Assembly: GCF_963921235.1 (NCBI RefSeq)
Contig: NC_086109.1
Coordinates: 18,044,001-18,108,000 of the forward strand
Source: Mobula hypostoma
Taxonomy: Eukaryota
Length of the DNA stretch: 64,000 bases
Reading direction: 5' to 3'
The translations under genes were made by a program, and so were the position numbers. The notes under the pieces were generated by a model, which saw only the letters and a list, made by a program, of their open reading frames with translations, did not search any database and was not told where the DNA came from. The first letter of the stretch is position 1. Every line of letters begins with the position of its first letter. Below are positions 25,000-37,602 of this stretch, piece by piece.

Positions 25000-25633
25000 T
25001 GTGGTCTGGCCTTTCAGTGAAATAGACCGTCTACATTTTTCCTAGAATGATACAGGATGCCGGCGATATCTTTCCTTCTCTGTTACTTGTTTTCCAGGCT
25101 TTCCCCCCGCCCCCCTGCATGTTGATCAGTAAACAGGTTCTCTGTGTCTGAGAACAGTTTGAAACAGGCTGGTGGAACGGTGCAGGCATTTTGCGGAAGA
25201 TTTGACTGTGGAAATGTGAAGGGGGTGGAGCTGGGGGGGGGCTTGTTGGGTGTTGGAGGTGGGGAGAGAGATAAAACTATCCCAAAGGAACAGCACACAT
25301 GACTTGTGAGGGAACACGATCGAATAGCTCAGGGAGTGACAGGAGGCTAGATCCAACAGCTGGGGAATGTGTGTGGAGAGAGAGTGAGAGAGAGAAAGAG
25401 AGAGACAGAGAGACAGAGGGGAGAGGATAGAGAGAGAGGAGGGTGAGGACAGAGTGAGACAGACAGATATACAGAGACAGGCATAGAAAGAGAGAAGAGA
25501 GGAAAGGAGAGGGGAGGGAGAGAGAGAGACAGACAGGACAGAAACGGAGAGGGAACAGAGAGAGGAGAGGAGAGAGGAGGAGGAGAGGAGAGAGAGGGAG
25601 GGACGGGGGGAGAGAGGGGGAGGGAGAGGGAGG

Positions 25634-25683
<50 letters not shown>

Positions 25684-26065
25684 CAGACAGACAGGACAGA
25701 AACGGAGAGGGAGCAGAGAGAGGAGAGGAGAGAGAGGGAGGGACGGGGAGGGAGAGAGAGAGAAAGAGAGAGACAGAGAGAGAGAGAAAGAGAGAGAGAG
25801 AGAGGCGGAGCAGGACTAATATCGGAGCCTATGTTGATGAGATCTCTGTTCTCATCAGACCATGAAGTATGTGTGCGTATGATGCTCGCTGAAGGAAGCT
25901 CCCAGGCAGTTTAAATCCAGTGTCACTGAACCAGAACTCGCTGCAATCCAGTCTCTTCTTGTTAAAGTCTGTGAGTGGCTGCCTTGTATTTTTTTAAGTT
26001 CTGTTTGGAATATTCCAGAAGTAATTTTACAACTCTTGCTTTGAATCTGTGACACTGCTGTGAGT
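25000..26065 (+). promoter_or_regulatory. Candidate promoter / non-coding first exon of an unidentified host gene
   Basis: TE-free island; GC box CCCCCCGCCCCCC 25103-25115; GA tract; GTGAGT donor-like sites at 25971 and 26060. Confidence 0.35.
25372..25805 (+). repeat. Polypurine (GA)n/GGAGA low-complexity tract with an internal duplication
   Basis: Almost pure G/A; block ACAGACAGGACAGAAACGGAGAGGG repeated at ~25529 and ~25686. Confidence 0.95.
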
Positions 26066-26667
26066 ATATATCTGAATTATAGTGATCACTGTAATTAACA
26101 AAACCAGCGACATGTCAATTTAAAAACCCTACATATTTTTCAAGCATTTACAGTTCCTGGTATGGTACAGGGGGCATTTATTTTTAATACTGCATCTTAG
26201 GGCAGGAAAGGCAGTAGCGTTTATGCAGGCACCCTTCTCAGGAATCTGCCTGCGACTTAAGAATACTGCAGTCAATGAAGGAAGAGTTTGTTCGGGCGTT
26301 TTTACTGCTGAATAAGGAAGCTGTAAACAGTGCAATGAAATCCAGTTGATTTGATAACTCACAGGGTGCTGCGGTCTTGACACTGCAGTTGCGGGCAGAG
26401 CACGCACTATTGACTTTAGGACTTTCCCTCAAAGAGATGTCAAGGCTGAGGGTTGGTTGATAATTGAATAACTGGATCAATTATAGATCTGGTAGGGGAC
26501 CTGCTAGAATGATCATATGTTTGAGAGGGAATACAATATCAGGAGTCTTGAATGTAATGAATCCATTAAGGAACTCAGCAGAAACTCTTTTACCTGGAAA
26601 AGGGATAGAAAGGAGAGATCAGCACAGTGGCAGAATTCAAGGCAAATAGCACTGATATCATATAAAT

Positions 26668-27207
26668 AGGGATGGCAAAAGACACCTTTACGAGAATGAA
26701 GAGTATACTGACCAATACTAAGCTAGGCATGACAACCGGCCTCAGAGTACTGAAATGCTACGTTTATCCAGTTATGTTATATGGCTCAGAATGTTGGATT
26801 CTGAGTGTCAGAATGTCAGAGTATCTAGTGACATGAGGAAACGAATTGTAGCAGCAGAGATGTGGTTTTTGAGGAGGATGCAAAGAATATCATGGATGAA
26901 ATGAATATCTAACGAGGATGTCATGAACAGAGCAAACACAAAAAGAGAAATAATGTATGAGATTATGAAAAGGCAATGTAACTTCATTGGACATGTGATT
27001 AGGAAAGAGGAGTTAGAATGCACGGTAATTATGGAAAAGACTGAAGAGAAGAAAGCAAGAGGAAGACAAAGACAAATGATGATGGAGACAGCAGCCAGAG
27101 AACTGGAAATGAATACCAATGAATTGATCCACTTGACACAAAACAGGAGTCTGTGGGCCATGGCAGTCAAAGCTCAAACTGGGCATGGCACCTGATGATG
27201 ATGATGA
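26668..27207 (+). mobile_element. RTE-clade LINE 3' fragment
   Basis: FIGHVIRKEELEC.VIMEK.E.KKARGRQR; (GAT)n tail; possible TSD ATC(A/T)TATAAA. Confidence 0.85.
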
Positions 27208-27414
27208 TCTTATAAAGGAAGCTAGCTGAAAGTCTGAGGGAAAGAGGCATTGCCAAGGGTTGGAGGAAGCATCTGTGGAGTAAGAGCAGAGTCTGTGCAA
27301 GTTGGCTATTTCTGAGCTGGATATTCTGTGTAAAATTAATTGTTCTTTCCACCAGCTTCAAAGGCACCTCCTCTGCCCCTGTCTCCCCTCCTGCCCAAGC
27401 ACTCCCCACCATCA

Positions 27415-27860
27415 AAGTCAAAGTCAAAGTAAATTTATTATCAAAGTTCCTATATGTCACCATATACTATCTTGAGATTTATTTTCTTGCTGGCATTTAC
27501 AGGAAAATAAAGAAATAAAACAGAAGTTATGGAAGGCTATATATGACAACGGAAAAACAAGCAATATACAAAGGAAGACAAATTGTGCAAATAAAAGATA
27601 AATAATACTGAGAACATGAGTTGTAGACTGATGAGTTGGAGAGTCATTGAAAGTGGGCCTGTAGGTTGTGGGATCAGTTCTGAGTTGAGGTGAGTGAAGT
27701 TATCCACACCGGTTCAGGAGTCTGATGGTTTTGGGGACCAACTGTTCCTGAATTTGGTGGCGTGGGACCTCCTGTCTGGTGGTAATAGCGAGAAGAGACC
27801 ATGGCCTGTATGGTGGGTGTCCTTGATGACGGATACTGCTTTCTTGTGACAATTGCTGAG
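27415..27860 (-). mobile_element. Rex1/Babar 3' end
   Basis: AATAAATTTACTTTGACTTTGACTTTGA tail; AVSVIKDTHHTGHGLFSLL. Confidence 0.8.
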
Positions 27861-28039
27861 AAATTCTCATCTAGGGGTTGGAATGAGTGAGCTATCTAAC
27901 TCCATCCGCATACAGCTCTCTGCTTGTGGAATGCAGTCTGTAAAGATCAATGGAAGCTGTGTTCAGTATGCTGGCAATGCTCTGTATGGTGTTATCGACC
28001 AGAGATGAATTTACAGGCCACTGACTCCTGTCGTTTCTC

Positions 28040-29170
28040 ACTGCCACAGCTCTCTGTGGTACCCTGGCCGTCTCACTTTACCCCCTCTTCCCCCACCCAC
28101 CCACCCTCTAACTGGTATTCCTTCACCTTCCCCAACTTCTTAATCTGGCTTCTGCCTCCTTCATTACCAGTCCTGATAGAAACATAGAACATAGAAAACC
28201 TACAGCATTGTAGGCCCTTCAGCCCACAGTGCTGTGCCGAAAATGTATTTACTTTAGAAATTACCTCGGGTTACCCATAGCCCTCTATTTTTCTAGGCTC
28301 CATGTACCTATCCAGGAGTCTCTTTAAAAGATCCTATTGTATCCGCCTCCACCACCGTTGCCGGCAGCCCATTCCACACACTCACTACTCTCTGTATAAA
28401 AAACTTACCCCTGACATCTCCTCTGTACCTGCTTCCAAGCACCTTAAAACTGTGCCCTCTTGTGTTAGTCATTTCAGCCCTGGGAAAAAGCCTCTGACTA
28501 TCCACACAATCAATGCCTCTCATCATCCTATACACCTCTATCAGGTCACCTCTCATCCTCTGTCACTCCAAGGAAAAAAAGGCCAAGTTCACTCAACCTA
28601 TTCTCATAAGGCATGCTCCCCAATCCAGGCAACATCCTTGTAAATCTCCTCTGCACCCTTTCTATAGTTTCCATATCCTTCCTTTAGTGAGGTGATCAGA
28701 ACTGAGCACAGTACTCCAAGTAGGGTCTGACCAGGGTCCTATTAGCTGTAACATTACCTCTCGGCTCCTAAACTCAATCCCACGATTGATGAAGGCCAAT
28801 GCACTGTATACCTTCTTAATCACAGAGTCAATCTGTGCAGCGGCTCTGAGTGTCCTATGGACTCGGACCCCAAGATCCCTCTGATCCTCCACACTGCCAA
28901 GTCTTACCGTTAATACTATCATATATATAGGGCATCATATTTGACCTACCAAAACGAGCCACCTCACACTTATCTGGGTTGAACTCCATCTGCCACTTCT
29001 CAGTCTAGTTTTGCATCCTATCGATGGCCCGCTTTAACCTCTGATGAAGGATCTTGATCCAAAACATTGACTGTTTATTCTTCTCCGGAGATGCTGCCTG
29101 ACTTGTGGCATTCCTCCTGCAGTTTGTGTGTGTTGCTCAGTATTTCCAGCACTGGCACAATCTCTTGTGT
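28040..29170 (+). mobile_element. PLE 3' UTR/pLTR whose hammerhead is split by a CR1 (28178-29040, minus strand)
   Basis: CAGTCCTGAT|CR1|CTGATGAAGGATCTTGATCCAAAACATTGACTG; CR1 ORFs 28308 and 28662. Confidence 0.8.
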
Positions 29171-29519
29171 TTATGTAGCCACCCTGCCCACTTCGTGTTT
29201 CAGCAAGTTATTTCTTCTTCATCAATCACGCCTCTACCCACTGACCTGCACTTACCCTTGATTAGCAGTGTTTTAAGGTGCTCCCACAATCTCATTTTTC
29301 CTATCTTTGCAAATCTCTCCAGTCCTATAAAATTCAGAAAAATCTGTCTCCCTCTATTACTGACCTCACCATCATTCCCAGCTATAACTGCTCTTTCGTA
29401 GCCCTTAAGCATATCCTGGAAGTCTATCCCTGAACCTCCAATCATTCTCCCTTTAAGGTGCTCTTTAAAGTCTACCTAAGATCATGGAATTGTTACAAAG
29501 AAGCCATTTGACCGCAAGT

Positions 29520-30640
29520 ATACCCAAAGATTTGGACTCCAAGCAAATTGTGGCAATGAATTCCACAGATTCACCATCCTCTGGCTAAACAAATTCCAAC
29601 TCATCTCTGTTCTAAAGGGACGGCCTTCTATTCTATGCCTGTGTCATTTGGACCTAGAATCCCCCTCCATAGGAAACGCTCTCTCCAAGTCCACTTTATG
29701 TAGATCTTTCAGGTCTATTTGGCCCCTGAAGTCTGGAAAGTTTTCCCTTTAGCAGTTATTGTAATTTATTTTGAAGGGCTCAATTGATTCAGCTTCTATT
29801 ACCGTTTAATACTCTGAGTTTTAGATCATTGGCCATTATTGTATGAAACAGCTTTCCTCTTCGGTGGAACTATTGATCATCTGACCTACTATCTGCTTAC
29901 GTGGCTTTGTGCCAATTTAGTCACGGTGAAGTAAGACTCTGTGGAACATTCAAGGTACTAAATAAATGAAGGTTGTAACTGACCTAGGGAGGCATTAACA
30001 GGTAATGGAAATCTGTTATCAAACAGTGGCTCATTTTTCTTTGTCTTGAGGGAACACTCTGCATCATTGCTCTCTGATTTCCCAAAGGAAATTATGTAGA
30101 ACTGTTTGTTGGTCAGTCATGGCTTAATGGGTAACATTCTGGGATTTTGCAGATCCAGGAAAACACAATCCAGACTGGGAGTTCATTACAGTGCTGAGGG
30201 ATGTCCACTCAGTAATCGAGACTGGCAGTTCATTATGGCGCTGAGGGACGTCCATTCAGTAATCTGAAACATCTTCTGTCCATTTCCCTCCATTGGTGCT
30301 GCCTGACCTGCTGAGCTCCTCCATCTTTTTGTGTTTTGCTACAGAGTGGCTCCGTTCCTGTGAACTGTTTGTAGCCCAAACAGCTTGCAAGTTAGAAATG
30401 CAACCGCAGCCAGGTTTCCATGTGGCAGAAGGTGCCGGAAACCCTGTAGGATCTGGTAAACCCAATCCACCTGTTCATAAGTACAGAACCTGAGCACCTT
30501 CGCTCCATCTGCCACAGCAGGCAGGGTTTCCTGATGGCCACTCATTTTAATTCTACTCCCCATTCCCATTCTGATGTGTTATTTCATCCTCAGGTTAGAG
30601 GAGCAACACCTCATATTCTGTCTGGTTAGCTTCTAACCTG
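29520..30640 (+). repeat. Local segmental duplication, copy 1 (partner ~32882-34143)
   Basis: Long collinear matches such as ACGTGGCTTTGTGCCAATTTAG..CTCTGTGGAACATTCAAGG and shared TE junctions. Confidence 0.9.
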
Positions 30641-31090
30641 ATGGTATAAACATTGATTTCTTTAACTTGCAGTAATTATCCCTGTCCCCCTCTCTCTATT
30701 TCAATTCCCCATCCTGTCTCCCCTCTTACCCCTTCTCTTCTTCTCACCATCACCTCCACCTGGTGCCCCTTCTCCTTCTCTTTCTCCCATCGTCCTCTGT
30801 CTTCTCCTATCAGATTCCTTCCCTTCAGCTCTTTACCTTTCCCCCTATCATCTTCCAGCTTCTCACTTCGTCCCCCTCCCCCAGCCACTCACCTTTCCCC
30901 TCACCTGGCTTCACCTATCACCTGCCAGCTTGTACTCATATCCGTCCATCCGCCATCATACTTTGGTTTCTTCCCACTTGCTTTCTAGTCCTGATGAAGG
31001 GTCTCAGCCTGAAATGTTGACTCTTTATTCTGCTCCACAGATGCTGCCTGACCTGCTGAGTTCCTCCAGAATTTTGTGCGTAGCTTCCTA
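30490..31090 (+). mobile_element. Penelope-like 3' fragment (degraded GIY-YIG end plus pLTR)
   Basis: EHLRSIC..MATHFNSTPHSHSD..LRLEEQHLIFCL; C/T-rich UTR; hammerhead. Confidence 0.85.
30987..31022 (+). ncRNA. Minimal type I hammerhead motif (older copy)
   Basis: AGTC CTGATGA A GGGTCTCAGCCT GAAA TGTT GACT. Confidence 0.7.
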
Positions 31091-32714
31091 TATACCAACT
31101 GTACATAAATCCTGTATTACCTTGTGGCTTTTGCACACCTACTGTGCATAAAATTGTCATGTTTCACACCTGGCAGAAGTGACCACACCTCTCCGATTTG
31201 GGATGCTTTGAGGTTATGGAAGGAGAACAAAGGAAAATCTTCCTCTTCTTCAAACTTGATCCCTCCCCTCCCCAGTACTCATTCCATTCCTGAGGTCTCC
31301 CACCTACAAGAGGTGGAAGAAACTGCAGCTTTTTAAAGGCTGCAGAGGCTGAGGATGAATTGAGCATTTTCACATGTTAGATTTTCATTCAGCTGTGGAC
31401 AGCGTGCAAATGCAGTTGAGGTGACCCAGTTCAATTGTGAAACAAACCCTGGGGTTTAAATGGCCTTGTTGTAGAACAAGTAAATGCGAGAGAAGGTTTC
31501 ATTGTCTCTGTGTCTCATGGTAAGCCCCTCCTCTTCCCATCGGTCCCCCCCCCACCATCTCCTCACCCCCACAGTAAAACTCAACTGAATATATTGAACT
31601 TGTAGGATTGCATGCAGTGCTGCTGGATTTTGTGTTCGGAAGCCTAGATTCATTACATCACATCTTGCTGAACTTTTCCATTGTTTGGTGACATTATTGC
31701 TTTCTGACAGATTCTTCAAAAACCAGGCAATTCATGGTCGAAAATACAATTCCTTTCCAAACTGTGTGTTTACGCAACCAGGGGCAACAGACTTACTGCT
31801 TAGTAACCAACGGCAATGTTCCACTAGAAAAAAGATGCCTCGACTGCGCTAGCCGGGGCCCTGCCGAGAGGATGTTTGTTGCCACTCTCTATGAGAGAGT
31901 GCGTGGTCCAAAATTCAGGGAAAGGAGTTTGAATTTGTGTAGCATCTTCCAGAGCTTTGGGTTACACCAAAGGACTTTTCAGCCAATAAAGTACCTCTAA
32001 AGAGGGCTGGAATATAAGGTGAGAGGGCAAAAAGTTCAAATACAAACCATGGATCAAGTTATGTTACTGCGCGTCATGGGTGCCTGGAATATGCTGTGAG
32101 GGGTGGTGGTAGAGTTTTGTACAATAGAGATAGTTAAGGAGTTCTTAAGGAGGCGCATGAACATGCAAAAAAATGGGGGCATGCAGCAGGGACTAGGTGC
32201 CATAACTAGTTCAGTCAACATTGTCGACTAAAGGGCCTGTTAACTCTTCTAGGTTCTATGGTCTACATTTCAATTGTGGTCACTATTGCAAGAAAGGAAA
32301 CCCAGCATTTAACTTGGGCACAGGAAATGATGAAATAGTGATGAGATAATATTTTGTATTGAGATTGATTAAGGAACAACAGAAGCACATGTGAATTAGG
32401 AGCAACAGACCGTTTGGCCCCTGGAGCCTGCTCTACCATTAAGTAAGATCATGGCTGATGACATATTAAACTCAAGGTCTATTTTCTCTCCTGTGCTCTG
32501 GCTTATTAAGAATATATCTACCTCTGCATGATTTATTTAATATACATACAGTCTGTACACCTTGTAATTCACAGTTTTGTTCCTCTGTTATTATGTATTG
32601 CACTGCGCTGCTGCCGCAAAGACAGTAACTTTCACATTTGCTGTTGGCATTAAACCTGATTCTGATTGTGAAATAAAACCCTGCATTCGCCATCCTTGTA
32701 GAGAGTCCCAAAAC

Positions 32715-34270
32715 ATCATAAGACCATAAATCCTCGGAGCAGAATTAGGTAATTTAGCCCATCAAGTCTGCTCCACTAGTTGATCACGGCTGATTTATTT
32801 TCCCTCTCAACCCCATTCTCCTGTCTTCTCCCCTTAACCTTTGATTGCCTTACTAAGCAAGAACATATCGACCTCCACTGTAAATATACCCAACAACTGG
32901 GCCTCTACAGCCGTCTGTGGCACTGAGTTCCACAGGTTCACCACACTCTGGCTGAAGCCATTCTTTGTCTTCATTGTTTAAATGGATGCCCTTCGATTCT
33001 GAGGCTGTGCCCTCCGGTCCTGGACTCCCCCACGATAGGAAACATCTCCTTCACATCCATTCTATGTAGGCCTTTCAGGCCTATTTGGACCATCAAGCCC
33101 GTGTCAAGACTGTGTATGAGCAATCCAGATAGTCCAATTCTGCAGCCCCTCCCCTGCACTCTGGAAAATTTTCCCTTCAGTTTTAAAGGACCCAATTGGT
33201 TCAGTTTTTATCACCCTTTAAGGCTCTGAGTTCTAGATCATTAGATATTATTCCATGAAACAGCTTTCCTCTTTGGCTAAATCTTTGATCATCTGATTTA
33301 TTATCATCTTACGTGGCTTTGTGCCAATTTAGACACGGTGAAGTGAGACTCTGTGGAACATTCAAGGCACTAAATAAATGAAGGTTGTAGCTGACATAAG
33401 GAGGCATTAACAGGTAATAGGAATCTGTCACCGAACGGTGGCTCATTTTTCTTCATCTTGGAAGATTCTGCATCATTGCTTCCTGATTTCCCAAAGGAAA
33501 TTACGTAAAGCTGTCTCGTTGGTCAGTCATGGCTCAGTGGGTAACGTTCTGGGACTTTGCAGATGCAGGAGAACATAATTCAGACTGGCAGTTTATTACA
33601 GTGCTGAGGGATGTCCACTCAGTAATCTGGACACATGAAGGCTCTCGACCCGAAATATCTACTACCCATTTCCCTTCATAGGTGCTGCCTGATCTGATAA
33701 GCTCCTCCAGCTTTTATTGTGTTCAGATGAAGAGCCTCACCGCGCAATATTGTCTCTCCATTTCCTCCTATAGATGCTGCCTGACCTGCTGAGTTCCTCC
33801 AGCTTTTTGTGTGTTGCTATAGAATGGCTCTGTTCCTGTGAACTGTTTGTAACACAAATAGTTTGCAAGTCAGAAGTGCGACTGTAGCCGGGCTCCCATG
33901 TGGCAGAAGGTGTCGGAAACCCTGCAGGATCCAGTAAACCCAACCCACCTGTTTGTAAATAGAGAACCTGAACACCTTTGCTCCATCTGCCACAACAGGC
34001 AGGGTTTCCTGATGGCCACTCATTTTAATTCTACTTCCCATTCCCATTCTGATGTGATGGTCCATGGCTTCCTCCAATGCCATGATTAGGTCACCCTCAG
34101 GTTAGAGGTGCAACACCTCATATTCTGTCTGGGAAACCTCCAGTATAGGCCTTCCAATATTCAGCAGGTTTCAATGAGATCCCCCTCATCCCTCTAAACT
34201 CCAGCAAATACAGGCCCAGAACCATCAAGTGTTCATACATTAACTCTTTCATTCCCAGGATAATTTCCGT
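32715..34270 (-). mobile_element. CR1 3' fragment interrupted by duplicated segment copy 2 (33078-34145)
   Basis: CR1 tail at 32715; CR1 resumes at 34146; TAGGCCTT(T/C)CA at 33067-33077 and 34146-34156. Confidence 0.8.
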
Positions 34271-35734
34271 AGAATTTTGAGACAGAAGTTCACTCCATGA
34301 AACAAACAAACAAACTTGATGCCCAGCGTTTGCAAGGCCTTTCAGTAACAGCATGGTCTATCCGTCCCTAACCTCAACCCTGCATTCTTGTCTACTCTTG
34401 CTAACCTTTCAACTCTTTGTTTATACAAGATCTGTCTACCTCCACCTTAAAAATATTTCAAGACCTAGCTTCCTCTACCTTTTGAGGAAGAGAGTTCCAA
34501 AGGATTATGACCTCCTGAGTGGAAAGAATAAATGTCTTATCTCTGAAATGGCAAGTCCTTTAATTATTAAGCAGTGAGCCTTAATATAGCTTCACCTGCA
34601 AGAGTGGACATTCCTATCCTAACACACCCTCCTCACCATCACTCACTCTTCAAAATTTCAGCAGCTATAAATAAACCCTGTCTGTCCAACCATTCAGAGT
34701 CATAGAGTAACAGACCACAGAAACAGGTCCTTTATTCCACTGTTTCCATGCCAACCGTCAAGTTCCAACTTATGCTAATCCAATTTGCTAGTGTTCGGTC
34801 CATCCTTGTGATTCAAATACTTGTTTATATTAACCTCCTCCTCCAAAGCTGGCCTGATCCTGATCTTAAACAAGCAATCCCTTATTTTTAAACAAGTAGA
34901 GTGTTCTATGTTGCAATTACCCTCCGCGTGGGAAAAAAATCCCCCTTTCTAAATGACATACCAATTATCCTAAACCTATGCCATCTGGTTTTAGTTATTT
35001 CTGTCTTGGGGAAGGTTACCTTCTATCTACTCTATTTAATTCATTCATAATTTTGTGTACTTCTATCAGAACCCATGCAACCCTCAGCCTCCTTCACTCC
35101 AAAACAAACACAGCACCCCATCTGTATCCCAGGCAACATACTAGAAAACCCCATCAGTCACCCCATCTGTATCCCAGGCAACATCCTAGAAAACCTACTC
35201 TGCACTTTCCTCAGTGCGATCACACCCCTAGTATAGTGAAGTGACCAGATCTATGAATGCTATTCCAGAGTGGATGGTCTTTTGCTCATATGTCAGTCCA
35301 TCAGTACTGGCCAGGTCAGTAAAGATAATTCTTCTTCAACCAAGAGAGCAGGTTGGTCTTCATTTAATATCTCATCTCATCCCTTGTAGTGTGGCACTCC
35401 TTCAGCACCACTGTACTGTCAGCCTAAGTGTGTGAGTAAAGGTCCCGTTGAAGTGACTACCCATCTTTTCAGTGGGACCTAAACATGCAACATTATGACC
35501 CAAAGCAACCAGGTGAGAGAGTGAAGTACGTTAGACCAACCTGCTTGTAATTAGAAGCAGAGATTTTTTGTGCACCCACTTGAATCACTCTGTTGGACCT
35601 TTGCTACTTAGTAGCAAGCTGTTGGAAAACTATCATTTGGGTTTCTAATTCACACTTTGAAGACTGATGTCAATGCTATGAGCCTCAGCACTCTGGATTT
35701 GGGATGGGTAGAGAATGGGAGATGGATATTCATA

Positions 35735-36115
35735 AAGACAGGGGGTTCTGCAGATGTTGGAAATCTTGAGCACACTTAAAATGCCGAAGGAAGTCAACAA
35801 GTTAAGCAACATCTATGATAAAGAAACAGTCAACATTTTAGGCCAAGACCCTTCCTCAGGGTTGGAAAGGAAGAGGGCAGAAGCCAGAATGAGAAGGTGA
35901 GTGGAGGGAAATGGGCGAGGGCTGGCAGGTTATAGGTGATACCAGGTGAGGGGAAAGGTGGATGGTTGGGGGAAGGGGGAATGAAGTAAGAAGCTGGGAT
36001 AAGTGAGGATAAGAGATGGGGTAAGATGGGATGATGTAACCAGAATGAGGAATGGAAAAAGAGAGAAGCTGGGAGGGGAAGAAATTGCCAGAAGTTGGAG
36101 AAATCAGCATTCATG
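35735..36115 (-). mobile_element. Penelope-like 3' fragment with a degenerate hammerhead
   Basis: MNADFSNF end of GIY-YIG; reverse complement CTGAGGAAGGGTCTTGGCCTAAAATGTTGACTG. Confidence 0.8.
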
Positions 36116-36841
36116 GATTTGGCTGTGATTCCTTCTACTGTTCAGCAGCTTACTGGCAAGACTATGCAACCAGCAGTGACCACCCAAATGAACTAACAAA
36201 AGATGGGAACCATTAAGTGATAGATGCATTGAGTGATGCAACATAATGGAGGCCATTCAACCCATTGTTCTGATGCCAACTGTTTGAAAAAGATTGACCA
36301 GCCAATACCACTACCACTGCACCTGCCCAAGAGTCTTGCAATATCTTCATCTTCAAATATTCATTCAACTCTTTCCAAAGTTAGTACAAATTCTGCCACT
36401 ACCACCTTCAAGCTAATGCACTCAAACTCAACAATAACTAACCCTCAGCAAGTAATGTCTCCTTCAAGACTGAGTGATCACTGGCTTGGACAAAGATACG
36501 TTTGCCAGTGGGAGCCTGATGTATGACAAATCCTAAAGTGGACCATTGGGAGCAGCCTGATGGGAGACTGGAAGTCTTATCGGAGGGAATAGATGTGCCC
36601 TTTTCTACATAAACTTCCTTCCCCCTAAGCTGCAGAGGTATATCAGAGTCAACAGCCATGATGGGTTTGGACTCGGGTGTTAAGACTGCAGACTTCCAGC
36701 TCAGGCTCAGCGCCACAACAAATGGTGCTCAGAATCAGAATCAGGCTTATTATCACTGACATATGTCATGAAATTTGTTGTTTTGTGGCAGCAGTACCAT
36801 GCAATATATGAAGTAAAATATAAATTACAATAAGATATATA

Positions 36842-37083
36842 CATTCAGTGGCCACTTTATTAGGTACACCTGTACGCCTGCTTATTAATGCAAACAGCTA
36901 ATCAGCTAATCATGTAGCAGCAACTCAATGCATAAAAGCATGCAGACATGGTCAAGAGGTTCAGTTGTTGTTCACACCAAACATCAGAATGGGGAAGAAA
37001 TGTGATCTAAATGACCCTGATCATGAGATGATTATTGGTGCCCGATGGGGTGATTTGAGTATCTCAGAAACTGCTGGGGTTTT
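36842..37083 (+). mobile_element. Tc1-like DNA transposon, left-end fragment
   Basis: TA + CATTCAGTGGCCACTTTATTAGGTACACC TIR; MGKKCDLND.DHEMIIGARWGDLSISETA paired-domain start. Confidence 0.85.
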
Positions 37084-37534
37084 TATGCTATATATATGTA
37101 AAATATATAACTAGGATGCCTAAGACTTTTGCACAGTACTGTGATAATTTTATGTATCGCACTGTACTGCTGCTGCAAAAAAAAAACACGTGTTTCATGA
37201 CATATGTGAGTGATGATAAATCTGAACCTGGTACGGGTCTCCATTGTGGACTGAGAGTGGGAAAGGGCAGGAAGAAGGGAACCTTGGCTAAGAAAGAGCA
37301 AAGGAGAAGGAAGGTGCGGGAAGCACCAGAGTGGCATTGTGTAATGATCAATAAACCAACTGTTTGGAATCATGTGACCTTGCCTGGTGTCTGCACCCAT
37401 GCCAACCCCATCCCTGGCACTCCTTCTCTGCCACCTGTCCCACACCCTTCCCGCGGTGCTCCAGCCTCGCCATTCCCAATATAATTGGCACCTGTTGGAT
37501 TTACCAACTCTCTCTCTGCTCCACTTTGACAAAT

Positions 37535-37602
37535 ACAGTTCACTATGCTAAAGTTCTGGCACCCTATCTATACCTAGGTGCCTAGACCTTTGCATAGTAC
37601 TG
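37535..37602. mobile_element. ~70-bp Tc1/mariner-type MITE (a related TIR at 37113-37141)
   Basis: Imperfect TIRs matching CAGTACTGTGCAAAAGTCTTAGGCA. Confidence 0.55.

Noticed and set aside
25835..25929. C/D-box snoRNA (TGATGA...CTGA)
   Set aside because: Terminal stem is negligible, the C box is buried in a local hairpin, and I recognise no rRNA guide.
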